From the NCBI RefSeq assembly GCF_947498825.1, contig NZ_CANMLV010000023.1, positions 42,459 to 66,458 on the forward strand: a DNA stretch of 24,000 nucleotides. Reading direction: 5' to 3'. This document shows positions 9,568 to 17,173 of this stretch, piece after piece. The stretch's first letter is position 1. Each line of letters begins with the position of its first letter. A program made the translations under genes and the position numbers. The notes under the pieces were generated by a model. The model ran no database searches and was not told the origin of the DNA. It worked only from the letters and a program-made list of their open reading frames with translations. Source of the DNA: an uncultured Cedecea sp. (GTDB lineage Bacteria > Pseudomonadota > Gammaproteobacteria > Enterobacterales > Enterobacteriaceae).

Positions 9568-9880
9568 TAAATACTCCTTTATTTTAAATTACTAGAGTAA
9601 TCGCTCGTAAAATGTATATTAATTATTTCCAAATGAAGAGAGATAAAACGTGGAATGTGATGAGCGTGATTAAAAAAACTGAAATTTGTGATCATCATTC
9701 AAAAGTGGCTGAAACTGACAGTCAAAAATTGCTTTTTACCAGGCAATACAACCATTTTACGCGGAAGTTATTAAGATTGCAGAGTGATGCAAGAACCTCT
9801 TTCATAATTAGATTAACTGTGTTTTTGTCTCTGCCACTATATATGGATTGATTTTTTTCGGTATTTTTGTTTTGTAGATT

Positions 9881-10210
9881 ATGCCTGTGATCGTTGCTGC
9901 GTTTGTTATCTCTACAGTTCTTCGTGTTGCACAGGGATCTGAAACGGTAGTACTGACTACTACCGTGGCACTGGTTGCTCTGATGGTTGAGGGGGCGACT
10001 GGGCTTAGTCAGTTATATTTGTGCTTTATTGTTGTATCTATTGCTGGTGGTGCTGCTGTCTTATCCCACGTCAATGACTCTGGTTTCTGGCTGGAGGATC
10101 GTTTCCTGGAAATGGATGAGAAAACTACCTTCAAAACCTGGACCGTAATGGAAACGTTGCTAGGAACGATAGCCTTCCTGCTGGCATTTATTGGTAGCAT
10201 GATTTTCTAA
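9881..10210 (+). pseudogene. 3'-terminal remnant of a GntP-family (gluconate/sugar-acid:H+) permease, covering about the last 110 of 450 codons.
   Basis: The 109-aa ORF ...VLRVAQGSETVVLTTT...SHVNDSGFWLEDRFLEMDEKTTFKTWTVMETLLGTIAFLLAFIGSMIF matches the C-terminal signature of GntP/GntT permeases (LRIAQGSATVA ... HVNDSGFWLF...TLKTWTVMETI). The upstream 310 bp are AT-rich with no GntP-like frame, so the gene is truncated rather than merely frameshifted. Confidence 0.75.
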
Positions 10211-10265
10211 TCGATTGGTGTTCTGGCGTAGTAGATATGAAAGCGCTGCTACGCTGCGAATGACT

Positions 10266-11036
10266 CTATGGTGTCAGTATCTGGCAGCCCGATTGCTGGT
10301 AGCGGAACTTCAGGGTATCCGGTAAGTCGCTGTCGCTGATGATGGTTTTAATACAAGAAAGCGTCGCTACGGCGTGGGATTCCACGGTATTAAATTTTGA
10401 ATGATCTGCCATTAAGATAATTTCTCGGGAACGCTGAATGATGCGTTTTTTTACTCCTACTTCAAACATCGTTGCATTTGTGATCCCTGTTTCCAGCGAT
10501 AGGGCGTCGCAGGAAATAAATGCTCGATCCACAGAAAATAAATTGAGCATCTCAAGGGCTATGCTTTCTCCTACGGTAAAATAGCCAGGACGGATCAGGC
10601 CGCCGATGATATAACTCTCAACATGGGAAAAACAGCCTAATTGATTGGCTATTTTGATATCGTTGCAAATCACTTTGACTCTGGCATCGACGAGACATTT
10701 TGCTAATTCCAGACAGGTTGACCCGGAGTCAAGAAAGAAGCAGTCGCCGTCTTTTATCAGAGTGCGCGCCTGGGCGGCAATTTCACGCTTGGCATTGCTC
10801 TGCAGGGTCTGTTTTACATCAAATAAGTACTCTTTATCGTCGGTTCTGTCGTCAAAATTGAGTCTGCCATGGCTGCGGCTCATACCTGGATAGTTATTGG
10901 CTATATACTGAAAATCCCGACGAACCGTAGCCTCCGCAAAGCCGAAAAGTTCAATGGCTTGCTGAGTAGTGAGGTTACGATGCTGCCAAAGATAATGCAG
11001 CATCTGTTTGATTCGATTGGGACGATCTTTATTCAT
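10266..11036 (-). CDS. sgcR: DeoR-family transcriptional regulator of the sgc cluster.
   Basis: The start is taken at the internal ATG at 11036 (MNKDRPNRIKQMLHYLWQHRNLTTQQAIELFGFAEATVRRDFQYI...). It has an N-terminal DeoR HTH and a C-terminal sugar-phosphate-binding DeoR domain. It overlaps the sgcE stop by 8 nt. It is the last gene of a cluster whose gene order is identical to E. coli sgcXBCQAER. Confidence 0.85.
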   Translation of the reverse strand: MNKDRPNRIKQMLHYLWQHRNLTTQQAIELFGFAEATVRRDFQYIANNYPGMSRSHGRLNFDDRTDDKEYLFDVKQTLQSNAKREIAAQARTLIKDGDCFFLDSGSTCLELAKCLVDARVKVICNDIKIANQLGCFSHVESYIIGGLIRPGYFTVGESIALEMLNLFSVDRAFISCDALSLETGITNATMFEVGVKKRIIQRSREIILMADHSKFNTVESHAVATLSCIKTIISDSDLPDTLKFRYQQSGCQILTP

Positions 11037-11685
11037 TGGGATCAAACTCCGTTGAAATAGCAGTAAATTGAGATAGCGTGGAGTGGTAATCTGTAGATGT
11101 AAATAACGCTCTGCCAATGACCAAATGTTGTGCGCCTGCCTGCGCTAACGATGTTGATACCGTTAGTGTAATGCCTCCATCAACCCAGCATTCTGTATCC
11201 GGAAAATATTGTCGAACTTGGATAATTTTCTCGCACATTTGTGGAATAAATTGTTGCTGATGACCATCAGGCTCACTAGTCATTATCATCAGTGCTTCGA
11301 GGTGTGCTGCCAGATAGCGATAACTCATGACATCGGTAGACGGATTAAATGCCAGCCCCGCCTTTGCACCAATTAAACGGATAGCTGCCAATACTTCTGA
11401 CGGATTTTCCAGTGCTTCAGCATGGACAAAAATCCACGCGGGTTTCACTTCTTCGAGCCATGGCAACCAAATGAGAGGCTGGGAAACCATCAAATGAAAA
11501 GAGAGGGGTTGTGCCGTTTGCCTGGCAATAGCTCGCACGGTCTTCATTCCAAAAGTAATATTACTGATGAAACTGGTATCTTCGATATCCAGATGAATGG
11601 AACCGATGGTTTCTTTTTCTAATGCAGCCAGTTCTCTCCCGTAATACAACGGATTCGCTGATGCCAGAGAAGGGTGAAGGAGCAT
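11029..11685 (-). CDS. sgcE: Ribulose-phosphate 3-epimerase family protein (pentose-5-phosphate 3-epimerase homologue).
   Basis: The 218-aa ORF MLLHPSLASANPLYYGRELAAL...HLDIEDTSFI.NITFG...MTSEPDG..QQFIP...VDGGI is collinear with E. coli SgcE as recalled and carries Rpe-family motifs. Confidence 0.9.
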   Translation of the reverse strand: MLLHPSLASANPLYYGRELAALEKETIGSIHLDIEDTSFISNITFGMKTVRAIARQTAQPLSFHLMVSQPLIWLPWLEEVKPAWIFVHAEALENPSEVLAAIRLIGAKAGLAFNPSTDVMSYRYLAAHLEALMIMTSEPDGHQQQFIPQMCEKIIQVRQYFPDTECWVDGGITLTVSTSLAQAGAQHLVIGRALFTSTDYHSTLSQFTAISTEFDPNE

Positions 11686-11696
11686 TGTTGCCTCCG

Positions 11697-12143
11697 TTAA
11701 TTAGCCGTTAATGAATTAGCTATTAATGAATACAGATCTTCGTCAGTTTGCGCTTCACGCAATGTGATGAGAATTTCTGGTGAGTCAATAAGCTGACTTA
11801 TTTTCTGGATAATTTTGATATGCTCATTGGCATCGATCGCGCTAACACAAAGTAATAACCAGACGGGATCGCAATCCTCATGGCCGAATTCGACTGGAGT
11901 TGATAATGTTGTCACAGTAATTTGGTTATGGTTTGCTCCTTGTTCCGGGCGCGCGTGAGGCAGGGCAACGCCTGGGGCGATTAAATAATAGGGTCCCCAG
12001 CTCAAGGTATTTTCAATAATGCCATCCAGATACTGAGGTTGTGCAGCACCAAATAAGATAAGAGGGTGAGCTGCAATATCAATAGCCTGCTGCCAGTTCT
12101 TTGCATGACGTCGGGCTTGTATCCACTTAACATCATTGATCAT
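11697..12143 (-). CDS. sgcA: PTS EIIA component (mannitol/fructose-type IIA fold) of the sgc system.
   Basis: The 148-aa ORF MINDVKWIQARR...YYLIAPGVALPHARPEQGAN...DPVWLLLCVSAIDANEH contains the phosphorylatable His context ALPHAR. It closely resembles E. coli SgcA as recalled. Confidence 0.9.
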   Translation of the reverse strand: MINDVKWIQARRHAKNWQQAIDIAAHPLILFGAAQPQYLDGIIENTLSWGPYYLIAPGVALPHARPEQGANHNQITVTTLSTPVEFGHEDCDPVWLLLCVSAIDANEHIKIIQKISQLIDSPEILITLREAQTDEDLYSLIANSLTAN

Positions 12144-12183
12144 TGATTATTGACTCCTTCTTGGTTCCAGTTACTCTGGTACG

Positions 12184-12279
12184 GATCCGCGTCGATACTT
12201 TTGGCGAAGACAACGAGGATCCGTAGTAAAAGTATGACTTTCTTCAGAGGATAAGCGTTTTGCTTATCCTCTTTTTATT
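12184..12279 (+). ncRNA. ryjB: Candidate small RNA in the opposite orientation to the sgc operon, in the sgcA-sgcQ gap (RyjB-like position).
   Basis: - On the + strand there is a perfect terminator: AGAGGATAAGC-GTTTT-GCTTATCCTCT (12246-12272) followed by TTTTATT.
- It is preceded by a second hairpin, TACGGATCC-N28-GGATCCGTA (12180-12225).
- A plausible sigma-70 promoter is present: TTGACT at 12150-12155, a 16-nt spacer, then TACTCT at 12172-12177.
- The predicted product is about 90 nt.
- E. coli K-12 has the ~90-nt sRNA RyjB annotated in the sgcA-sgcQ intergenic region. This is from memory, and the 5' end here is inferred. Confidence 0.4.
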
Positions 12280-13081
12280 GGCGAACATGCCGAACTTTAT
12301 CCATAAATTGCGCGACTCGCGATTCGTCAACAAAGTTGGCAAAGACACCGTCTTTCTTAAAGGTGGTTGCCGTGACACAGCCATCAGCAATTTTCAGTTG
12401 CTCTTCCACATTTTCCAGACAGACACCGGTATTAGCGAGCACCACAGTATGTGGAACAGTCTCTTTCACTTTTTTAAGAAGAGCCGTATCAGTGCGTACA
12501 CCCGCAGTCAGGCCAGACACGCATAGTGCATCTGGGTTATTGTTAAAGACTGTAGATTTTGCAATCGAGCAGATATCCCGGTTGCCCAGATAAACAGCCG
12601 CTTCAGGTACAATATTGAATAACGTTTTTACATGACCAGCTCCGATACGATGCTGATGGCGAATAGTTTCACCGACATTAGTATTCCAGACGCCAAAATC
12701 GCTGGCATAGGCTCCAGTAAAAATCTCACGGATAAATTTACCACCGGTAGCCATTGCAAGATCAAGAGACGCGATGGGATCCCACAACACATTGACGCCA
12801 AAAGGAAGACGAATTTCGGTCATTAACTGACCGATAATACGAGCCATTGCTGCTGTGGTTTCTTGTCTGACTTTCGTTAAGTAAGGAAGACTAAACTCGT
12901 TGGAAAACATGACTGCATCCACACCGCCGTTTTGTAATGCCGTCAAGTCATCGTATGCACGGTCAATAACCCAGTTCATTCCCTTCTGTACATCGAAACC
13001 CGGATCGCCAGGTAATGCACGTAAATGACACATAGCAATAACGGCTTTCTCAGTTCCGATAACCTCTTTTAACCAACTCAT
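12275..13081 (-). CDS. sgcQ: BtpA/SgcQ-family (TIM-barrel) protein of unknown function.
   Basis: The 268-aa ORF MSWLKEVIGTEKAVIAMCHLRALPGDPGFD...GGVDAVMFSNEF.LPY... has BtpA-family features. Its position between sgcC and sgcA matches E. coli sgcQ. Confidence 0.88.
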   Translation of the reverse strand: MSWLKEVIGTEKAVIAMCHLRALPGDPGFDVQKGMNWVIDRAYDDLTALQNGGVDAVMFSNEFSLPYLTKVRQETTAAMARIIGQLMTEIRLPFGVNVLWDPIASLDLAMATGGKFIREIFTGAYASDFGVWNTNVGETIRHQHRIGAGHVKTLFNIVPEAAVYLGNRDICSIAKSTVFNNNPDALCVSGLTAGVRTDTALLKKVKETVPHTVVLANTGVCLENVEEQLKIADGCVTATTFKKDGVFANFVDESRVAQFMDKVRHVRQ

Positions 13082-13094
13082 TCAGATGAACTCC

Positions 13095-14408
13095 TTATTC
13101 TGACAATTCACGTTTACGTAAGAGAAGAACGACGGTTGCAACAATACCGACTGCTGCAACGACTCCAATAATGCCCAGTGACATAATTTCGGAGATAGAC
13201 CAACCAAACATATTACCCACTGATAACGCCGTTATTTGTGCATTATCACCGGCAAAGTTAAAGCCGCCTTTCTGGGCCATTTCGGTAAAATACGGAGCAA
13301 AATGTGTGGCAATCAGCAGAACAGTTATCATGACAATAATTCCGCTGAGCAAGGTACGAATCAGGTCACCACGGTGAATAACGGTGGCCATGCAGATAAA
13401 AAAGGGTGCTACGGGTAAGTCAGCCAAGGGGAGGACTTTATTGCCTGGTAAAATACTGGCCAGAATAAGCATGATCGGGATAAGCAACAGGCCAACAGCG
13501 ATGGTGGTTGGGTGTCCCAACGTTACTGCAGTATCCAGACCGATATAAACTTCACGTCCTTTAAAGTATTTCTGGAAAAACTTGCGTGCCCCATCGGAGA
13601 TGGGCATCAATCCTTCAACTATCAGGCGGATCATTCGTGGGAATAACACCATAATTGCGGCTACGGTGATCATCAGACTGGCACAACCTTTAAAATCCTC
13701 TCCGGCAGCAAGACCAAACATGAGGCCTAACACCACGCCGATAATTACCGGGTCGCCCACCATCCCATAACGCTTCTGAATATCCTGAGCGTCAATGTTG
13801 CGTCCTTTCAGGAATGGGATTTTTTCGTAAATGTTATCGAGCAGTACAAATAAAGGTACTGAACTTGAGCCATAACCTTGTGGGATAGAAATTCCTTCTA
13901 GCCCAACAATCGCTTGGACTCTTTTTGCCGTCCAGTCCGCCATTTTTAATGACAGTGCTGCATGACAGATAGCACCGAGCATCCCATAAATCAGACTGCC
14001 GGTAATCAACTGAACAACCGTACCAGTAATGGCATAGTGCCAGTAGTTGTAAATGTCGACATTCATAGTTTTGGTTAAGCGAGTAACCAGCATGCCAATA
14101 TTGAGTAGAAAAATAATGGGAATGATCATTGCGCCGATAGCAGTCGCATAGCCAATACCAGAAGCTGGCCCTGCACCTACATCAAAGACATGTAGAGTCA
14201 AACCAAAGCGTTCAATCATGACTTTAATCGGTGGGCTTAGACTATCTATCGCCATAACGATAACCAGCCCCATACCGACAAAACCAATACCCACCGTGAC
14301 CCCAGCCTTTATTGCTTGTAACCAGGGAATGCGGAAAATCAGGCCAATAATTATCATAATGATCGGTACGAAAACGGTACCGCCAAGAGACAGGATGTAA
14401 TCAAACAT
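13095..14408 (-). CDS. sgcC: PTS EIIC permease, galactitol (Gat) family.
   Basis: A 437-aa polytopic membrane protein, MFDYILSLGGTVFVPIIMIIIGL..., typical of GatC-type IIC proteins. It lies in the same position as E. coli sgcC. Confidence 0.9.
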   Translation of the reverse strand: MFDYILSLGGTVFVPIIMIIIGLIFRIPWLQAIKAGVTVGIGFVGMGLVIVMAIDSLSPPIKVMIERFGLTLHVFDVGAGPASGIGYATAIGAMIIPIIFLLNIGMLVTRLTKTMNVDIYNYWHYAITGTVVQLITGSLIYGMLGAICHAALSLKMADWTAKRVQAIVGLEGISIPQGYGSSSVPLFVLLDNIYEKIPFLKGRNIDAQDIQKRYGMVGDPVIIGVVLGLMFGLAAGEDFKGCASLMITVAAIMVLFPRMIRLIVEGLMPISDGARKFFQKYFKGREVYIGLDTAVTLGHPTTIAVGLLLIPIMLILASILPGNKVLPLADLPVAPFFICMATVIHRGDLIRTLLSGIIVMITVLLIATHFAPYFTEMAQKGGFNFAGDNAQITALSVGNMFGWSISEIMSLGIIGVVAAVGIVATVVLLLRKRELSE

Positions 14409-14420
14409 AGTGCCTCCTGG

Positions 14421-14699
14421 TTATTGAGTTAATAGAGCCTTAATTTCTTGTTTCAAAGCATCATCGTTAACGCCAGTTAGTAATGCAGCACCATTAAGTA
14501 CAGGAACACCGTAGTCATTACTGATACGCATAGACGTGACGATAAGATCCATACCGCTACAGTTCAGAGGGATCTCGCTCAAACAGCATTGTGATGTATT
14601 GGCAGCAATACCCTCTTCTGACAGAAAATTTTGCAGTTTGTGAGCAATCATTGTGGACGTTGACATGCCAGTTCCGCATGCAACCAGGATCTTTTTCAT
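14421..14699 (-). CDS. sgcB: PTS EIIB component, galactitol family.
   Basis: The 92-aa ORF MKKILVACGTGMSTSTMIAHKL... contains the N-terminal active-site Cys in the LVACG.G context typical of GatB-type IIB proteins. Confidence 0.9.
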   Translation of the reverse strand: MKKILVACGTGMSTSTMIAHKLQNFLSEEGIAANTSQCCLSEIPLNCSGMDLIVTSMRISNDYGVPVLNGAALLTGVNDDALKQEIKALLTQ

Positions 14700-14701
14700 A
14701 A

Positions 14702-15817
14702 TTAAGGTGCCTCTTGTATGGTGCCTGACTCAGGCTCAATGGGAAAATACTCTGCTGGCATACCAGCTAAAGAGCTCAGTAAACGAATACAGTCCGTCAA
14801 ATCTCGCAAACTGGCGACTTCGGCGGGAGAGTGGGTATAGCGACAAGGAATAGACAGGCTGGCGCAAGGAATACCGTCTTGTTCAACCTGGATATAACCT
14901 GTTTCAGTGATGACCCCAGGAGCGACTTCGCGTTGCACTGGAATATTATTCTCGCGAGCGGTTTGTTCTAACATGCGAATTAAACGTGGTGGCGTGACCA
15001 GACCCGCCAGGGTACCGCGTCCGTGGTAATTGAGGCAGGTTATTCCGACACCATGATTGACTCTGACTTCTGAATAGTCTTGTAAGTCTGGGGTATCACA
15101 GGATGGTGTAATATCAATGCCTATTGCCAGATCGGGTCTGACACGCCGTAATACAGGGACAATTCCTCTAATATTGAATTCTTCCTGAACTGATGCGACA
15201 AGAAAAACATTAATGTCTAGCTGCTTATCACCAATCGCATTTGCTACCCCCAATAGCGCAGTGCAGCCCAAACGGTCATCTAGCGCTTTGCTACAAACAA
15301 GATCATTAGCAAGGAGTTGAGGAGGGTTATACAAAGTAATAGTGGTACCAACCTGAATCCCCATTTGCTCAGCATCAGCTTTGTCTCTGGCACCAATATC
15401 AATCCAGAGTTTATCGATAGAAGGGGATTGGGTACGTTCATCGCCTTTTGCAAAGTGATAAGCTTTGATGCCAATACATCCCGGGATGGGGCCTTTATTA
15501 CCGATGAGAGTAACGACTGATCCAGGCATGGTGATTTGTGCCGGGCCACCAACTCGTTCAAAGCGTAAAAAACCATTAGATTCAATTTTACGCACCATAA
15601 AACCGACTTCATCCATATGAGCGAAAATCATCAAACGAAGGGCGTCAGGTTTATCACTGCCATAGCGGGCAACGACATTTCCCAAACGGTCTCGCCAGAC
15701 TTCTTTTGCGTTCTTATTGAAGGCCGTTTGCATGACATCAGCCACTTCCCCTTCATGTCCTGAAATAGCGTTGAGCTGCAAAAGAGAAAATAGTGTTTCC
15801 TGCACAGAAAATGGCAT
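14702..15817 (-). CDS. sgcX: M42-family metallopeptidase / endoglucanase-like protein (FrvX/SgcX type).
   Basis: MPFSVQETLFSLLQLNAISGHEG...RLMIFAHMDEVGFMVRKIE..GFLRFERVGG...SKALDDRLGC...ASVQEEFNIRG...CRYTHSPAEV carries M42 metal-binding motifs (HMDE, D-D, EE). It is collinear with E. coli SgcX as recalled. The start is placed at the third in-frame ATG (15817). The alternatives 15829 and 15847 lie too close to the predicted promoter. Confidence 0.88.
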   Translation of the reverse strand: MPFSVQETLFSLLQLNAISGHEGEVADVMQTAFNKNAKEVWRDRLGNVVARYGSDKPDALRLMIFAHMDEVGFMVRKIESNGFLRFERVGGPAQITMPGSVVTLIGNKGPIPGCIGIKAYHFAKGDERTQSPSIDKLWIDIGARDKADAEQMGIQVGTTITLYNPPQLLANDLVCSKALDDRLGCTALLGVANAIGDKQLDINVFLVASVQEEFNIRGIVPVLRRVRPDLAIGIDITPSCDTPDLQDYSEVRVNHGVGITCLNYHGRGTLAGLVTPPRLIRMLEQTARENNIPVQREVAPGVITETGYIQVEQDGIPCASLSIPCRYTHSPAEVASLRDLTDCIRLLSSLAGMPAEYFPIEPESGTIQEAP

Positions 15818-15859
15818 AGGTGTTTCCATTGAGAATAAAACAATCATTCGGTGAGCGTT

Positions 15860-15901
15860 TTATAATCTGAAAATGTGCGAATTATTGTGAAACAAGTCAC
15901 G
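15860..15901 (-). promoter_or_regulatory. Candidate class II CRP-dependent promoter of the sgc operon.
   Basis: The CRP-like site TGTGA-AACAAG-TCACG is at 15886-15901. On the minus strand, exactly 21 nt separate the end of the site from a -10-like TATAAA (15862-15867). This is the geometry expected for a site centred at -41.5. Pattern-based only. Confidence 0.45.
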
Positions 15902-16264
15902 TGAAATGGTGTGATATTAGAAGAATAAAAAATAATGTGATTAATGTTTGATAAAACCGCTCATATGAAATGGAAGATGTAACAAAGTTAGTGGATAAGG
16001 ATATTTGCATCACAAATAAAATAAATTTTAGTGAAATACGTCCCTACGCATTTTTTATAGTGTTATTCACTGGTTAATGGATATTCTTCATTTCATAAAA
16101 ATGGTAATTAGCAAATGAATGATATTATTCACCAGATGTTTTTTTTGCCGGTAATATTAAAATAATGGACGGGAAATTATAAAAAACTCAGGCGATATCG
16201 ACTAGAAGGTACTATTTCAGATTTTATGAGGAACCTAGACGCTAACCGACTATTGAGTTCATCA

Positions 16265-16372
16265 TTACCCTATATCGAAAAATAGGAAAGTTGTTTCATT
16301 GTATCCGGAACTTAATTTGTGAAGCTTTCGTGGCCTTGTTCTTTGTAACAAACACTGTACTCGAGCATTCAT
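16265..16372 (-). CDS. Candidate 35-codon small ORF with a strong Shine-Dalgarno. Unknown function.
   Basis: The minus strand reads AAGGAG-ATCTAATA-ATG AAT GCT CGA..., giving MNARVQCLLQRTRPRKLHKLSSGYNETTFLFFDIG followed by a stop. It is below the ORF-track length cutoff. The only support is the near-consensus SD at ideal spacing and a stop-free run in AT-rich DNA. I recognise no homologue. Confidence 0.25.
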   Translation of the reverse strand: MNARVQCLLQRTRPRKLHKLSSGYNETTFLFFDIG

Positions 16373-16484
16373 TATTAGATCTCCTTTTGAGTATGATAAG
16401 TTAGATTTTGCCTGTCTTCCTCATCATTAGTGAGGACGTCTACATTTTAGAGTTTAAAAAATAATCATAAGAAGGTGATAAGAT

Positions 16485-17117
16485 ATGAGTGAGCGGCAGG
16501 AATTTCTACCTCTCGGTTATTCTGATTTGGCCCCAGGCATGATAGCAACGATGGTGACCAATCTTCAAATGTTTGAAAAATCCCTTACTGAACCTGTTTC
16601 GTTTCCGGACGGCGTCACTCTGGAAGCCTTAGTCTCTCCAACTCCTGAGGCTTATCGAACCTTATATTGTAAGATTGGCACTGAGTGGTTATGGTCTTCA
16701 CGGATCCTGATGCCAGACGAGGAGCTTGCCGCTATCCTCAACAGGGATAGCGTTGAGATCTACGCTGTACGTCAGGGAAGCGAGGATATTGGCTTACTTG
16801 AACTCGATTTTTCTGTGCCAGAGGAGTGTGAGCTAGGATATTTTGGGCTGGTGGGTAACTCGACAGGTAAAGGATTGGGGAGGGCTCTGATGTCCCGAGC
16901 ATCCGAATTGGCATGGTCGCGACCTATCAAACGTTTTTGGGTACATACTTGTACTTTTGATAGTCCTGGTGCACTGCGGTTTTATATTCGTTCGGGATTT
17001 GTTCCTTATTCCTATCAAGTTGAAGTACAAAGAGATCCGCGCCTACTCGGTATTCTGCCGATGGATGTTGCTTCTCATGTACCGGTGATTATGCCTGTGG
17101 AACAACAGGGTTCTTAA
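16485..17117 (+). CDS. GNAT-family N-acetyltransferase.
   Basis: A 210-aa ORF. The C-terminal half has the GNAT acetyl-CoA motif A context (GYFGLVGNSTGKGLGRALMSRASELAW) and the beta-bulge region (ALRFYIRSGFVP). GAAGGTG lies upstream of the ATG. The substrate is unknown. Confidence 0.8.
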   Translation: MSERQEFLPLGYSDLAPGMIATMVTNLQMFEKSLTEPVSFPDGVTLEALVSPTPEAYRTLYCKIGTEWLWSSRILMPDEELAAILNRDSVEIYAVRQGSEDIGLLELDFSVPEECELGYFGLVGNSTGKGLGRALMSRASELAWSRPIKRFWVHTCTFDSPGALRFYIRSGFVPYSYQVEVQRDPRLLGILPMDVASHVPVIMPVEQQGS

Positions 17118-17122
17118 CCACT

Positions 17123-17157
17123 AATCACCAGGTTAAAAAATTTTTAACCTGGTGATT
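17123..17157. terminator. Bidirectional terminator between the convergent GNAT gene and tnaB.
   Basis: A near-perfect 35-nt palindrome, AATCACCAGGTTAAAAAATTTTTAACCTGGTGATT. It has a 12-bp GC-containing stem plus an A/T extension. Confidence 0.85.
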
Positions 17158-17173
17158 ATGGTATGACAGTCGA

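Noticed and set aside
9698-9713. TGTGATCATCATTCAA as a CRP site for the CitMHS gene.
   Set aside because: Only the left half-site matches. The right half matches TCACA at 3 of 5 positions. This is too weak to call.
9612-9851. A 79-aa + strand ORF, with an internal 63-aa version starting MSVIKK..., upstream of the GntP remnant.
   Set aside because: It has no convincing SD, lies in AT-rich promoter DNA of the divergent CitMHS gene, and has no recognisable family. I cannot exclude a small protein, but there is no positive evidence.
10226-10254. The hairpin GCGTAGTAG-N11-CTGCTACGC between the GntP remnant and sgcR, as a terminator.
   Set aside because: The stem has a mismatch and there is no T-run on either strand. 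It may still act as an RNA-stabilising structure, but it is not callable as a terminator.
16485-17117. The GNAT gene as the toxin of a GNAT/RHH toxin-antitoxin pair.
   Set aside because: At 210 aa it is larger than typical GNAT toxins. No small antitoxin ORF is adjacent or overlapping on either side. The nearest small ORF (16265-16372) is divergent and 112 nt away.
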